Of a stretch of DNA of 64,000 bases, positions 18,386 through 28,598 are shown piece after piece. The number at the start of each line of letters is the position of its first letter. Position 1 is the stretch's first letter. Where the stretch lies: IMG/VR virus record IMGVR_UViG_3300028920_000062, positions 14,982 to 78,981 of that record; one strand, written 5' to 3'. Under the pieces are notes generated by a model. The model had not been told where the DNA came from. It did not search any database and saw only the letters and a list, made by a program, of their open reading frames with translations. A program made the translations under genes and the position numbers. Origin of the DNA: a virus.

Positions 18386-20287
18386 ATGGCTCATGATTAC
18401 CTGCCAGGAATCTTCAAGGAAGAACAGGACGGCAATCTAACTATTTTGCCTGTCAACAACAATCCTGTTGTTCTGGTAATTGGTACAGCTAGTCAGGGTG
18501 ATTCTGCTGTTGTACACTCAGTTGACCGCGTAGCGGACTCAGCTCGTGAGTATGGCAAAGATGGAACTCTAACTAGGGGACTATATGAAGCCTCTACCGC
18601 AGGTGCCCTCAATCTAAGACTTTATAGGATCGGGGCTACTCCAGCTACCCTAGAAACTGACTTCGGTGCAACCATCGAAACAGTCTCAAGGGATGATTCG
18701 GCTGGAGAAGACTACCTGATCTTTTGGGATGACTCGGCGCTACGCCTACGTTTGTGGCGTGTAGTGGATGAGGAGCTCGTGTATGACAACGATCCATCGA
18801 CCCCTGATAACAGGGTAGATCTGGGTGAGGTTGTTGTTACAGGAACTCTAGCAACCAATGGAGGAGCAGATTGGGGAGACCTCGCAGGTGGTAGCGGTGA
18901 AAAGACTCTAGCTGATCTTGACGGAGAAGCTGGATTTACTTACACCGCAGGCACAGATGGTCTGAACCTATCCAGAATGAAGATGTACGAGGAGCTTTTC
19001 AGTGCGTATCAGCTGCTCGAGGATCAAGAACTGGATGTAGTTCTTCCAATGAATGTGTACCTGGATGATCTTAACGTCATGGATATGAGCGAAGCGACTG
19101 TGTCAGGCCTTGGCCTGACTAGCCTTTCTGATTATCCAACTGCTGGTTCTGCTACTGACGTTTTGGGTAAGGTCTATGTAGAAGAGGTGGATGGCGAGAA
19201 TTTGTTCTGGTGGTGGTTCCCATCACAGCCAAATGCTTCCAGCCCAACCTTTACTGCTGCACAGATTTACCCATCTGGTTATGATGCAGACAAGAAGGCA
19301 GATGGAACTACAGATCTGGCTGCTTCTGACTTCCATGAAGTTAACTTTGCATACCAGTTGGCAAACTTCTGCTGGACACAATCTAGAGATAACACCGACA
19401 TGACTGGTGTCATTGGTGTACTTCCACCAACTTCCTTTACTTTGAAGGATATGGCACGTTGGGTTGGTCAGCTTCCAGAATTCGAAACAGATAGCAACGG
19501 CAATAGAGTCGTTGCTACTGGCGGAAATGGAACCGGTCTTCTCGGCAACAAGTTTATGTCAGGTCGCCTCTCTAGTGGTGGTGACTCTGGAACACCAGGC
19601 CTAGCTATCAACGGTGTTGATGGTTTGGCAAATGGTGGTTTCATTGCAACAGATACCAACTGGCTAGATGGAACACACATTAAGGATCTGAATGATGCTC
19701 TTATCGATATCGGTAAGTACATTAGCGTAGTGGCAACCTACCCTGTTATGTCTAATCCAAGCAGAGTATCTGCCTATACCGCTACTGGAGCATCTACATA
19801 TGGTGGTTTTTATTCCGGGCTAGATGTTGACTCAGCACCGACCAACAAACTACTCGGACATATCCGACTCCCAGCTCGCATCAATACGTCTAAGCTAGAC
19901 ATGCTTGCTGGACAGCGTTACGTCACATTCCACTCAAAGCCAAAGGGCATTGTTATTAGCGATGGACCAACAGCAGCGAGACCGAATAGTGACTATACGC
20001 GTCTGTCCACAGTGCGTCAGGTTAAGGCAACTGTTGATGAGATCAGGCGAGTAGGAGAACCATTCCTAGGTGAGAGTATGTCAGGTGCCCAGACAGCTGC
20101 GCTAGACACAGCTGTTGACCAGGCAATGTCTAATTTGGTGAGACTTGGTGTGATTCAGAGGTACGAGTACCAACTGATTATCACTCCGCAGATGAAAGTT
20201 TTGGGTCAGGCAATTATCGAACTTAAGATAGTACCAGCGTTCGAGCTACGGCAGATTACTGTCCAAGTAGCTCTGGCGGCGGTATAA
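18386..20287 (+). CDS. Contractile tail sheath protein
   Basis: N-terminal YLPGI and VLVIGTA..G. C-terminal YTRLSTVR...FLGE...IELKIVPAFELRQITVQV. 633 aa. Confidence 0.9.
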   Translation: MAHDYLPGIFKEEQDGNLTILPVNNNPVVLVIGTASQGDSAVVHSVDRVADSAREYGKDGTLTRGLYEASTAGALNLRLYRIGATPATLETDFGATIETVSRDDSAGEDYLIFWDDSALRLRLWRVVDEELVYDNDPSTPDNRVDLGEVVVTGTLATNGGADWGDLAGGSGEKTLADLDGEAGFTYTAGTDGLNLSRMKMYEELFSAYQLLEDQELDVVLPMNVYLDDLNVMDMSEATVSGLGLTSLSDYPTAGSATDVLGKVYVEEVDGENLFWWWFPSQPNASSPTFTAAQIYPSGYDADKKADGTTDLAASDFHEVNFAYQLANFCWTQSRDNTDMTGVIGVLPPTSFTLKDMARWVGQLPEFETDSNGNRVVATGGNGTGLLGNKFMSGRLSSGGDSGTPGLAINGVDGLANGGFIATDTNWLDGTHIKDLNDALIDIGKYISVVATYPVMSNPSRVSAYTATGASTYGGFYSGLDVDSAPTNKLLGHIRLPARINTSKLDMLAGQRYVTFHSKPKGIVISDGPTAARPNSDYTRLSTVRQVKATVDEIRRVGEPFLGESMSGAQTAALDTAVDQAMSNLVRLGVIQRYEYQLIITPQMKVLGQAIIELKIVPAFELRQITVQVALAAV

Positions 20288-20301
20288 GGAGGAACCGTTA
20301 A

Positions 20302-20946
20302 ATGGCTAGTCTTGCACGTTCATATAACAGCTTTTCTGGTGTTGACATCAAGGCTGTTCTTGCAAATAAGCCTATTGCAGAGATTCAGGCTATTTCTTAC
20401 AGTATTACTCGTGAGAAGGCCCCTCTGTATACGATGGGTTCCGCAGATCCTCGCTCCTTCTCAAGAGGCAAGCGTGGTATTGCAGGTACCCTCATCTTCC
20501 TAGTGTTCGATAGACATGCCATGCTCGGAGCGTTCGGAATTTATTCAGACAATCCAACTAAGTTTATGTCGGATGTTGATGACTTTAGACCGAACGTAAA
20601 CTTCACCGATCCAACCACTGTTCAGCCTTTGCAAACAGTAGCTGGCGATGAAGCTACTTCTGCTCTCATCGAGAGTCCCCTAACCGGTACTGTCGATGCT
20701 GACCAGACCGTTGTGGCCCCATGGTTCTCTGACCAAATCTTGCCATTTGATATTACTCTAGCTGCAGCGAACGAGTATGGCTCATTCGCCGTGATGAGAA
20801 TCTACGGTGTTGAGCTTTTGAATGAAGGTTACGGTGTATCGATTGACGATATCGTCTCTGAGATGCAACACACCTACATTGCTCGTACGCTAGTTGGATG
20901 GCATCCTGTGGTTAGTCCTAAGACTGACCAATTGTTCCAAACATAA
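20302..20946 (+). CDS. Major tail tube protein
   Basis: Directly after the sheath with a strong RBS and followed by a terminator. SFSGVDI...QAISYSITREKAP...RGKRGIAGTLIF...PFDIT...YGVE. Confidence 0.8.
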   Translation: MASLARSYNSFSGVDIKAVLANKPIAEIQAISYSITREKAPLYTMGSADPRSFSRGKRGIAGTLIFLVFDRHAMLGAFGIYSDNPTKFMSDVDDFRPNVNFTDPTTVQPLQTVAGDEATSALIESPLTGTVDADQTVVAPWFSDQILPFDITLAAANEYGSFAVMRIYGVELLNEGYGVSIDDIVSEMQHTYIARTLVGWHPVVSPKTDQLFQT

Positions 20947-20956
20947 TAATAAGAAC

Positions 20957-20983
20957 GGGGAGGAGCAATCCTCCCCTTCTTTT
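20957..20983 (+). terminator. Rho-independent terminator after tail tube
   Basis: GGGGAGGA-GCAA-TCCTCCCC followed by TTCTTTT. Confidence 0.85.
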
Positions 20984-20994
20984 AAGGAGATAAG

Positions 20995-22248
20995 ATGGGT
21001 CAAGGACGTGTTTACAGCGGCAATGCTAAACCTCAAGAAGCTACATACAGCCAGGATAGACCTGGGACAAACACGTCTGATGTAACGACTACCCTTGACC
21101 TGAATCCGGTCAATACCACGCCAGCTCAACCGATCGCCGACCTCCCTGTCGGACCAGGTAATATCAATTGGCTGGGAAGCAGTTATTCTGGCGCTGATAT
21201 TAAGGCCGTTGTACACACATATAACAATGTTGGCGGACAGTTAGCTGCATTACGTGACCTCAAAATGCAAAAGATAGCCGCTGATGCTACTTCGAAAATG
21301 CTAGGCAACTATATTAATAAGGGGGCCAAAAGCTTTATACAGGCCAAAATAGCAAATGCTTCAAACCCCGATTTTACTTACGATAAGCAGGTAAACACTT
21401 GGCTTGCTATCGGTCTAGGAACGCCAGAAGGTTCTATACGTGGAGATAACAACTGGATTGCAGTCGAGGCAGATCTTGATCTTCCCGGCACTCTTCAGGC
21501 GAAGACGACAGCTCTACACTATCTATATCTAGTTAACACTTCTAGAAGCATTGATCCCGTTATCCAGGCAATGATAATTGAAAAACAAGGTATAGATTCT
21601 TTCTTAGATAGTCTTGAGAAAAAGATTGCTTTTCTAAATATGTACCAAAATGAGGCAACCAATACTGTTGTTCTTGGTACACTACAAACTGTTTCTGTCC
21701 AGACCCACCGAGAGAAGTTCGGAGTCAGAGCTCTGGGAAGAAGCTATGTAAAGGGCTATACTCGAGGACCGCGTACTATTGCCGGGTCTATGGTATTTAC
21801 TGTTTTTAATGAACATGCCCTTGGTCAGCTCATCCGAGCAATAGGAGACCCTGCATTAGTTGGTGAGAGCAAGTTAGATACTAATCTCAGTACTCTCATC
21901 CCAGACCAGCTTCCTCCGTTGGATATGACCCTAGTCTATGCAAATGAATATGGTGCTCTTTCTCGTCAGAGCATCTATGGTATAGAGTTTGTAAATGATG
22001 GCCAAACAATGTCCATTGAAGATCTTTTTACAGAAGAGGTCATGAACTTTGTTGCTCGAGATGTGGATATTATGACTTCAGTTGGTAGGCGTAAACTCTC
22101 TCAGGCTGAACGAGGCCTATGGACCACAGATGAAGGTAAGCCGCTAGAAGGAACTCAGCTGCTTAGGAAGACTCTTTTTGGTGGTGGAAGCGCATATAAG
22201 GACTATCTGGTTAGACTTGGCGTAAGAAGAAGCTTCAGGGGTAGGTAA
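20995..22248 (+). CDS. Tail tube paralogue (tube initiator / baseplate-proximal ring) with insertion
   Basis: SYSGADIKAV...[~150 aa insert]...LQTVSVQTHREK...RGPRTIAGSMVF...PPLDMT..ANEYG...YGIEF matches the major tube motifs. Confidence 0.7.
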   Translation: MGQGRVYSGNAKPQEATYSQDRPGTNTSDVTTTLDLNPVNTTPAQPIADLPVGPGNINWLGSSYSGADIKAVVHTYNNVGGQLAALRDLKMQKIAADATSKMLGNYINKGAKSFIQAKIANASNPDFTYDKQVNTWLAIGLGTPEGSIRGDNNWIAVEADLDLPGTLQAKTTALHYLYLVNTSRSIDPVIQAMIIEKQGIDSFLDSLEKKIAFLNMYQNEATNTVVLGTLQTVSVQTHREKFGVRALGRSYVKGYTRGPRTIAGSMVFTVFNEHALGQLIRAIGDPALVGESKLDTNLSTLIPDQLPPLDMTLVYANEYGALSRQSIYGIEFVNDGQTMSIEDLFTEEVMNFVARDVDIMTSVGRRKLSQAERGLWTTDEGKPLEGTQLLRKTLFGGGSAYKDYLVRLGVRRSFRGR

Positions 22249-23123
22249 TGGCAAACGAAGCAAGAATTATCCGCGAGGGAGTCTATAACAACGACTATTT
22301 CTCTGGCGCACAAGTTGCTATCTATATCGGAGATGTCCTTGTTGACGAGGTTACTTCCATTAGTCTGGCGGTAGCTCAGAGCAAGGCCCCTCTCTATGGA
22401 TATGCCTCTATGCTTTTTGATGGAGTTTCAAGAGGAAATGTTATCGTTGAAGGTGAGTTCTCTATTAACTTCAAAGAAGCTGGATATCTTTGGCTAATTC
22501 TTAATCGCTACCGTGCAATGGTTAAAGCTCAGAATGCCGGGATATTCCTTAACGAAAACTTGAGTCCCTTCTATCGAGGGAAGGGAACTGGAGAGTATAC
22601 TCTAGAAAAGACTATTGAGCAATTGACCAATGGAAGTGTTCCTCTTAGCAAGAAATATCTAAATCAGATTAACGAGATAGCTGCAAGGGCTGCTCGAGAA
22701 GATGGGATTAAAAGTATTGGTCTTGGTCCTCAAGTTTCTCAAGGACGGAAGTTGTTGAATACCCAAGCCGGTTTGGCCGGATATTCTAGTGGGCAAAGAG
22801 CTACTGGTAGTACTGGGGACGCTGAGTCCGTATTTGAAATTTTCGAGAACTATGTTTGGGGGAAAAACTCAGGTGGGGGCAGCAGCCAGGCTCTGGAGGC
22901 CTTGGGGATTAATGATGTCGCCGCTAATCGTCGTGCCGACGAACCTGCCCTAAATCCATTTGACATTTATATAGCCTTTGGAGACTATGTAGATGACGAT
23001 CGAATCCATCATACTGTTCAGAGAATCTCTGACGTTCATCTGACAGGTCAATCAAAACAGATAGTTATTGACGGTCAGCCTATACAAGAAGCATATAGCT
23101 TCTTTGCCAGAGATTTGATATAA
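22248..23123 (+). CDS. Third tail tube paralogue
   Basis: YFSGAQV...KAPLYGY...RGNVIVEGEFSINF...PFDIYI...YSFFARD. Confidence 0.65.
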   Translation: MANEARIIREGVYNNDYFSGAQVAIYIGDVLVDEVTSISLAVAQSKAPLYGYASMLFDGVSRGNVIVEGEFSINFKEAGYLWLILNRYRAMVKAQNAGIFLNENLSPFYRGKGTGEYTLEKTIEQLTNGSVPLSKKYLNQINEIAARAAREDGIKSIGLGPQVSQGRKLLNTQAGLAGYSSGQRATGSTGDAESVFEIFENYVWGKNSGGGSSQALEALGINDVAANRRADEPALNPFDIYIAFGDYVDDDRIHHTVQRISDVHLTGQSKQIVIDGQPIQEAYSFFARDLI

Positions 23124-23133
23124 ACTGACATAA

Positions 23134-23147
23134 GTGTTTGCAAACAC
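23134..23147. promoter_or_regulatory. Perfect 14-bp palindrome upstream of the tail chaperone genes
   Basis: GTGTTTG-CAAACAC in the intergenic gap, ending 8 bp before the AAGGAG RBS at 23156-23161. Confidence 0.35.
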
Positions 23148-23167
23148 CAAAAAGTAAGGAGAACTAT

Positions 23168-23599
23168 ATGTCTACAGAAGATGTAGTTCAGGAAGCCCCT
23201 GAGCAAGAAGTAGAAGAGAATGCGGCAGATCCATCAAGAGAGATCGCCAATGCTTTGGCTAAATTTGCTGGAGCTCCGACAAAAGAAGTAATTGAAGGAT
23301 GGAAACAAGAACATGGAGATATTTTCTGTTCTGGTTTTTCAGAAAAGGAGTTGCTTATTTGGAGGCCTTTACGCAGGCAAGAATTTATAGAGCTTCAAAC
23401 TAAGTTAGCTCAAGAGCAAGGGACTCAGATGGATCAAGAACAGGAGGTTGTGACAACTTGTGTTCTTTGGGCATCTGATGACGCCAGAAAGGCCCTGGTT
23501 CAGAAGGCAGGAAGCTACCCTACTATCCACGAACAAATCATGTTCAATTCTAACTTCGTTGATCCTCGAGTAGCATCAGCCCTGGTGATTAAACTCTAA
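23168..23599 (+). CDS. Tail assembly chaperone (start revised to ATG 23168)
   Basis: AAGGAG at 23156-23161 supports ATG 23168 rather than TTG 23138. IEGWKQEHG..IWRPLRRQEF..CVLW..SNF. Sits between tube and tape measure. Confidence 0.65.
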   Translation: MSTEDVVQEAPEQEVEENAADPSREIANALAKFAGAPTKEVIEGWKQEHGDIFCSGFSEKELLIWRPLRRQEFIELQTKLAQEQGTQMDQEQEVVTTCVLWASDDARKALVQKAGSYPTIHEQIMFNSNFVDPRVASALVIKL

Positions 23600-24549
23600 T
23601 GCTTGATATTCTCCGTCTCAGGGAACAGCACGGAGAATGTTTTGCAAGTAGGTTGCCCGATGGGCAGTTAATCCCGTGGAGAGCCCTGACAGTTGCAGAG
23701 TATGTTGAGTACGAACGCCTGCTGCAGTCAGGTGTCTACCCACGGGCACGTCTAGAAAACGAGATATTTGAGAAATGTGTATTAGATAGAACCCTAGTTG
23801 ATGAGATAGGGAAAGTTAGGGCTGGTGTGGTTACAGCAGTAGCTGATGCTATTTTTGCCCACTCTGGCCCACAATCTGTAGAAGACTTGAATATGCTGCT
23901 TAATATAAGCAGGCATAAAGCTAGTCAGGTCGTGCATGATTTAACTACGATGATTTGCACAGCCTTTCCGTCCTACACTCCTGAAGTTCTCGAGAACTTA
24001 GACTATGTAACATTTATGTTACGTGTGGCCCAAGCAGAAAAGAGACTTATTCAGTCTGGCCTTCTGCAAGAGCCTCTGAGTTTTCAATCACCTAGCGATC
24101 CTCAAGAGGAAACAATTAAGCCTCCTCCTGCTCCTCGTCCAGAAGATCTTCCTGGTATATGGAACCAACAGCAAGCCCCTAGTCCTGTTATTCCTAAGGC
24201 TGATTTTTCTCATAATGGGAAACAGACTATTATCACTAAGGCTGAGATGGTCGAGCATCAGGCTGCCTATACAGGTCACGAGAATATCGATAGAATAGTG
24301 AACGAGAAGGATATGGTAGACGAGACCGCTGGTTACTATAAAGAATACTTAGAACAGATTGAGGATGGTAAGCAGGTCAGAATTAAAACCGTTGAAGAGC
24401 GTAAGGCAGAGGCTGAGGCACGAGCTAGGGAAAATGAACAGAAGTACAAGGAAGTCCTCAGAAAGAAGCAATCTGAAGACGAGAGGCTAGCCCAGCTTCT
24501 CAGGGAGCGTAAAGCCCAGCGAGCTGCCAAGCGCAAAAAGAAGAGGTAG
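23599..24549 (+). CDS. Second tail assembly chaperone (paralogue plus C-terminal extension)
   Basis: LREQHG..WRALTVAEY..CVLD..AGVVT..SG repeats the previous protein, followed by FPSYTPEVLENL and a basic coiled-coil tail. Confidence 0.6.
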   Translation: MLDILRLREQHGECFASRLPDGQLIPWRALTVAEYVEYERLLQSGVYPRARLENEIFEKCVLDRTLVDEIGKVRAGVVTAVADAIFAHSGPQSVEDLNMLLNISRHKASQVVHDLTTMICTAFPSYTPEVLENLDYVTFMLRVAQAEKRLIQSGLLQEPLSFQSPSDPQEETIKPPPAPRPEDLPGIWNQQQAPSPVIPKADFSHNGKQTIITKAEMVEHQAAYTGHENIDRIVNEKDMVDETAGYYKEYLEQIEDGKQVRIKTVEERKAEAEARARENEQKYKEVLRKKQSEDERLAQLLRERKAQRAAKRKKKR

Positions 24550-24551
24550 CC

Positions 24552-27500
24552 GTGCCATATCCATTTACAGCCCAATATGGAGAGGGTGGCTTTGGTCTTG
24601 GGCCAGAGCATGGCAGGCGCTATTACGGCCCTTCTCTTACTCCTCCGCAAGACCAACCTCCGCTCTGGACCTCTGAAAGCCCAAGAGATTTTTACCAAGA
24701 TACTTATGGCTCAAGCGGATTCTTGTATGCGGGAATCGGCGCGGCAAGTTTAACTGCTCTTGGTCACCTTCCGGTAAATTTCTCAACAGGTGTACGGCCA
24801 GGTCCATGGAAGGGTATTCCACCACGAGCGTGGGCCCCCGGGCGCATGTTCGATTGGTATGCAGCTGCAGCTCGTACAGTAGAAGAATATTCTCCTGCTA
24901 AGATCTTTCGCACATTTCAGATATCTCCATTCCTGTCTCAGTTTGAGACTCCTGTCAGACAAGGTTTTACGATTACTCCTGCTCAGCTGGAAGGGAACTT
25001 TGTACAACAACAATACCTTGCTAACCTCATTGGTCCCGGTCGTGCTGGCCCTGATGGTGGGAGTGTATTGGGTAGAGTTGCCCGTGAGGGTGTTAGGCTC
25101 GAGGGCGGTAAGCTCTATTTTGCTAAGAGTGGTGAACTTGCTCTAGAGCATGCCAGCGCTATGCGTGTTGTCCCTGAGGCGCATAGTCGTCTGGGGGCTA
25201 TGTGGGCTCGTATAGTCGGTCTATCCGATACAGAAGCCACAGACCTTGCTCGTTGGTTCTCTAGGGCTCATCCAGACCCTGCAGACATCACAGTACAGAA
25301 CCCTCTGGTTGGAGGTATGCCAACCCAAATCATTGGCGCTCGCAGTAGAGCAGATTTTGTTTGGAAAAGCGCTCGTGCTTGGGGTGGGGAATTTATTGAT
25401 CGATTCAATAGACTGCTAGAAGCTCCTTTCTCTATGGAGCCGTTCGAAACGGTATTCGGTGGGTTTCAGAAGTTTGTTAAGAGGAAGACTGCAGAGCTTG
25501 GTTTTAAAGGAGGAGATGGGTATACCTTACAGCTCGCTGTCGGGCGTGGAACCGGTCTGCGAATGCTTGGGAGCCTTGGCCTTAAGTATGGGGCTATCGT
25601 TCCTGCTGCCGCAATGGGGTACAAGACCCTAGATTGGCTAGCCAAAGAGTCTGAAACACTCGATGACACCATCTTTGAAGAAGGTCTAACTTATGCTGGA
25701 GCAACTGTTGCTGTAAAGGCAAACCTTCTTGCTTCTCAAGTTGCCTACGGATTAGGGCTTAACAAATATCGCGAGCTTCAGGAAGAAATAGCTCCAGGTA
25801 GCACAAGTTTACAAAAGCTTGCCGCCTTCCCTCTAATGGGAGGCTTGGCAGGCGTTGGAGTAGCATACGGGATTAAGATAGGAGCTCCTCCAGGTCTTCT
25901 TTCTGCTCTCCCAGAAGGAGGCATGCTTTCTCGCCAAATCTTTTTGGGAGAATCTGCTGGGGTTGCTCGAGAAGTAGTCGAAGAGCAAATCAAGCAGTTC
26001 GGTAAAGGCGAGGGTGTATTTGGTTTTGTTGGCAGGCTTGGAAAGAAGCTTACCACAGAAGGGGGAATTTATTCTCAAGAGGGATTCCTAGGCAATGTCT
26101 GGCGTCGTATCGCCGAGCCTCATGTCAGCAGAACGGGAGATCTTAGCTTTAAGTTATTGGGCAAAGTCGGTCCTGCTAAATTATTTGGTGTAGCTGGGGC
26201 TCTGGCTGGAACCGCACTCATTGCTCCGTTCCTTCCTGGAGCTCTGATTCCCGAGAAGTCTCCAGATGAACTCAGAGCTCTTTATAGTGGTGAGACAGAG
26301 GTCCCTATTCGTCGCGGCAGATGGTGGGAATTTGGCCGTTCTCCATATGAAGGTCGTCGAGTTTCATATTTTAGGCCTCATTGGTATGCGCGAATGCGGA
26401 TGGATGCTCGAGACGAGAGTATCTGGGGCGACGAGGCATCAGAATTAAGCCCGGTAGAGAAGTGGCTAAAGTCAGAGTTTACCTATGATTTGGAAAAGAA
26501 GCACTACCGCAGTCGCCCATATCCTGTTTCTGGACTGCCATTTGAAGATGTTCCTTTTATTGGTCCTTTTCTAGCTGGAACCATTGGACGACTGATTAAG
26601 CCTCCTGTTCTTATGCACACAGAAGAGTGGATGGGAGAAAAGGGTGTATTAGCTGAACCTCCTAGGTTTGGCCAGCGTGTTGCTACCGAAGTGGGCGAAA
26701 CCCCGGGTGGTATGCCTGAAACTCCATATGGAATTAGAGGCATTGTTGGCGAACAGATCTACAGATTACAAGAACTCGGCGGTCTCTATGGCTTCAGCAT
26801 GATGACCATGCAGGAGAAGCTCAAGGGTACCCCCGATATCTTTGATCAGTTCAAACAACTCGAGTCATCCCGCAGAATGTATGGCTTTGAACGTCAGTAC
26901 TGGGACCTTGAGCTTGGCGGTATGCTTGGCACTACTGAGGCGTTCCGTCGTTTATACCCTCACAGAAGACGTCAAATCCCGCTGTACAACCCGATTAGAA
27001 ACTTGATGCCTGAATGGCTTCCAGGCCCCGGAGACAAATCTCCGGACTTCCTCCATGGTGACCCCTTTACAAAGGTCGCAGAGGGCGAGCTACGGCTTCC
27101 AGGACGTGGTTATGCGCAGCGTTTTCCAGAGCTCGAAGATGTTAGTCCAGAAGACTATCCGCTCATTCATCGCTTCAAAATCCTCGCTGATGTAGCTCCA
27201 TACTCCTCTCGCTTTGGGGAACACCTCTCTATGGTGAGAAGAGCTCGAAAGCAAGCTGCTTGGGATAGCACCCAAGAAAAGATCTACAATCAGACCTTAG
27301 AGCAGCTAAAGGAAAGGAAGAAAGGTCAGGAGTTTGAGGAATATAAGTACCTCAATAATATGGGGGAAATTTTTGGAGAGGATATTTATTGGTCTGGAGA
27401 GGATTCTGCTGGTCTTCTCACTCAATTGAATAAACTTAAGGCTCAGAAGCAGGAAGACCAAGGAGGAATATTTACTAGACTTTTTGGTGGATATTGGGAG

Positions 27501-28598
27501 CTGCTTTCTCACAATGCCGAGACTGCTTTAGACCAGGTAACTCCAGTCTCTCCTGGATCTAAGCTAGTTCATGTTAGAAGCCCAATTGAAGCGTATGAAC
27601 GCTTGCAACTATATGGGACTGAGAATGCATTCTGGAATCATCCTGTTAGAGACTTTTTTAGACCCACTTTTTGGCTGGGAGCTCGAGCAGCAGGTTATGA
27701 GGATGTCCCCGAACATATAGAAATGAGGAGAGAGATTGAGGCTACTTTCGACCGCCTGAAGTATGTCAAATTTGCTAGGCTATCTAATATAGCCAGACTA
27801 GAGAAGGACTGGACTGCCGTAAAGGAGTTTGAGGCCAAGAAGGACCAGACTATGTTTGGTCTTGATCCATATACTCGTAATTATACAAGTATTTTCAGGG
27901 CCTTGCCGCGCCGGGACCGTGATTACTTCAATGCGTTCTCAGAAGCTGAAACCGAGGAAGAGCGTCATCGGATTCTTGAGATAGTACCAGAAAACGAAAG
28001 ATCTCTGTATGTTGCCAGATGGAAAATGATGTTTGCCAACGAGGTGCGGGCGGCAAAAAAGGCAGGCGTGCTTAGTGAGAAACAAATTGAACAGGCAGAT
28101 GTTAGGTTGGCACAAATTTATGATGATGCAGACAGAGAAGGACTACCTGCCAGCAAAGACCTCTTAGCAGAGTACCTTGAGACTAGGTATCCCGGTGAAA
28201 GCTATGCGGATTGGTATCGCAGAGTCAAGCTTCTTGGAGGGCTAGAGTCTATTCCTGGACCTGACTGGGTAGGCTGGCATCCCTCTGTAGATCTTGAGGA
28301 TATTAAGCTCAAGATGGTTATGAACCTTGGTGAAGATATGCACGATTATGACTTGTGGCCATCTCGAGCTCAAACACTTATGAACAAGCCATATATAAAT
28401 AATGAGGCCGTTACCGCGTTAACTGAGCCTGAAGAGCTTAGCAGATCGGAAATACATGATAGAATTAACAAATTGCTGTTAGTTGAGAAGATGCAACCTA
28501 GCGTTTTTAGTCGAGCAGTGTATGGACCAGAAACCGATAACTCTGTTGATTTTGAGATTGTTCAGGAACGCCCAGCTCGTAAAGGAAGTTTGTATTAA
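24552..28598 (+). CDS. Tape-measure-like protein, part 1 (putative)
   Basis: 1348 aa directly after the chaperones, with several Gly/Ala-rich hydrophobic segments (e.g. LFGVAGALAGTALIAPFLPG). Confidence 0.55.
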   Translation: MPYPFTAQYGEGGFGLGPEHGRRYYGPSLTPPQDQPPLWTSESPRDFYQDTYGSSGFLYAGIGAASLTALGHLPVNFSTGVRPGPWKGIPPRAWAPGRMFDWYAAAARTVEEYSPAKIFRTFQISPFLSQFETPVRQGFTITPAQLEGNFVQQQYLANLIGPGRAGPDGGSVLGRVAREGVRLEGGKLYFAKSGELALEHASAMRVVPEAHSRLGAMWARIVGLSDTEATDLARWFSRAHPDPADITVQNPLVGGMPTQIIGARSRADFVWKSARAWGGEFIDRFNRLLEAPFSMEPFETVFGGFQKFVKRKTAELGFKGGDGYTLQLAVGRGTGLRMLGSLGLKYGAIVPAAAMGYKTLDWLAKESETLDDTIFEEGLTYAGATVAVKANLLASQVAYGLGLNKYRELQEEIAPGSTSLQKLAAFPLMGGLAGVGVAYGIKIGAPPGLLSALPEGGMLSRQIFLGESAGVAREVVEEQIKQFGKGEGVFGFVGRLGKKLTTEGGIYSQEGFLGNVWRRIAEPHVSRTGDLSFKLLGKVGPAKLFGVAGALAGTALIAPFLPGALIPEKSPDELRALYSGETEVPIRRGRWWEFGRSPYEGRRVSYFRPHWYARMRMDARDESIWGDEASELSPVEKWLKSEFTYDLEKKHYRSRPYPVSGLPFEDVPFIGPFLAGTIGRLIKPPVLMHTEEWMGEKGVLAEPPRFGQRVATEVGETPGGMPETPYGIRGIVGEQIYRLQELGGLYGFSMMTMQEKLKGTPDIFDQFKQLESSRRMYGFERQYWDLELGGMLGTTEAFRRLYPHRRRQIPLYNPIRNLMPEWLPGPGDKSPDFLHGDPFTKVAEGELRLPGRGYAQRFPELEDVSPEDYPLIHRFKILADVAPYSSRFGEHLSMVRRARKQAAWDSTQEKIYNQTLEQLKERKKGQEFEEYKYLNNMGEIFGEDIYWSGEDSAGLLTQLNKLKAQKQEDQGGIFTRLFGGYWELLSHNAETALDQVTPVSPGSKLVHVRSPIEAYERLQLYGTENAFWNHPVRDFFRPTFWLGARAAGYEDVPEHIEMRREIEATFDRLKYVKFARLSNIARLEKDWTAVKEFEAKKDQTMFGLDPYTRNYTSIFRALPRRDRDYFNAFSEAETEEERHRILEIVPENERSLYVARWKMMFANEVRAAKKAGVLSEKQIEQADVRLAQIYDDADREGLPASKDLLAEYLETRYPGESYADWYRRVKLLGGLESIPGPDWVGWHPSVDLEDIKLKMVMNLGEDMHDYDLWPSRAQTLMNKPYINNEAVTALTEPEELSRSEIHDRINKLLLVEKMQPSVFSRAVYGPETDNSVDFEIVQERPARKGSLY

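Noticed and set aside
23138-23167. TTG start at 23138 for the first chaperone
   Set aside because: It has no RBS, whereas ATG 23168 has AAGGAG at a suitable spacing.
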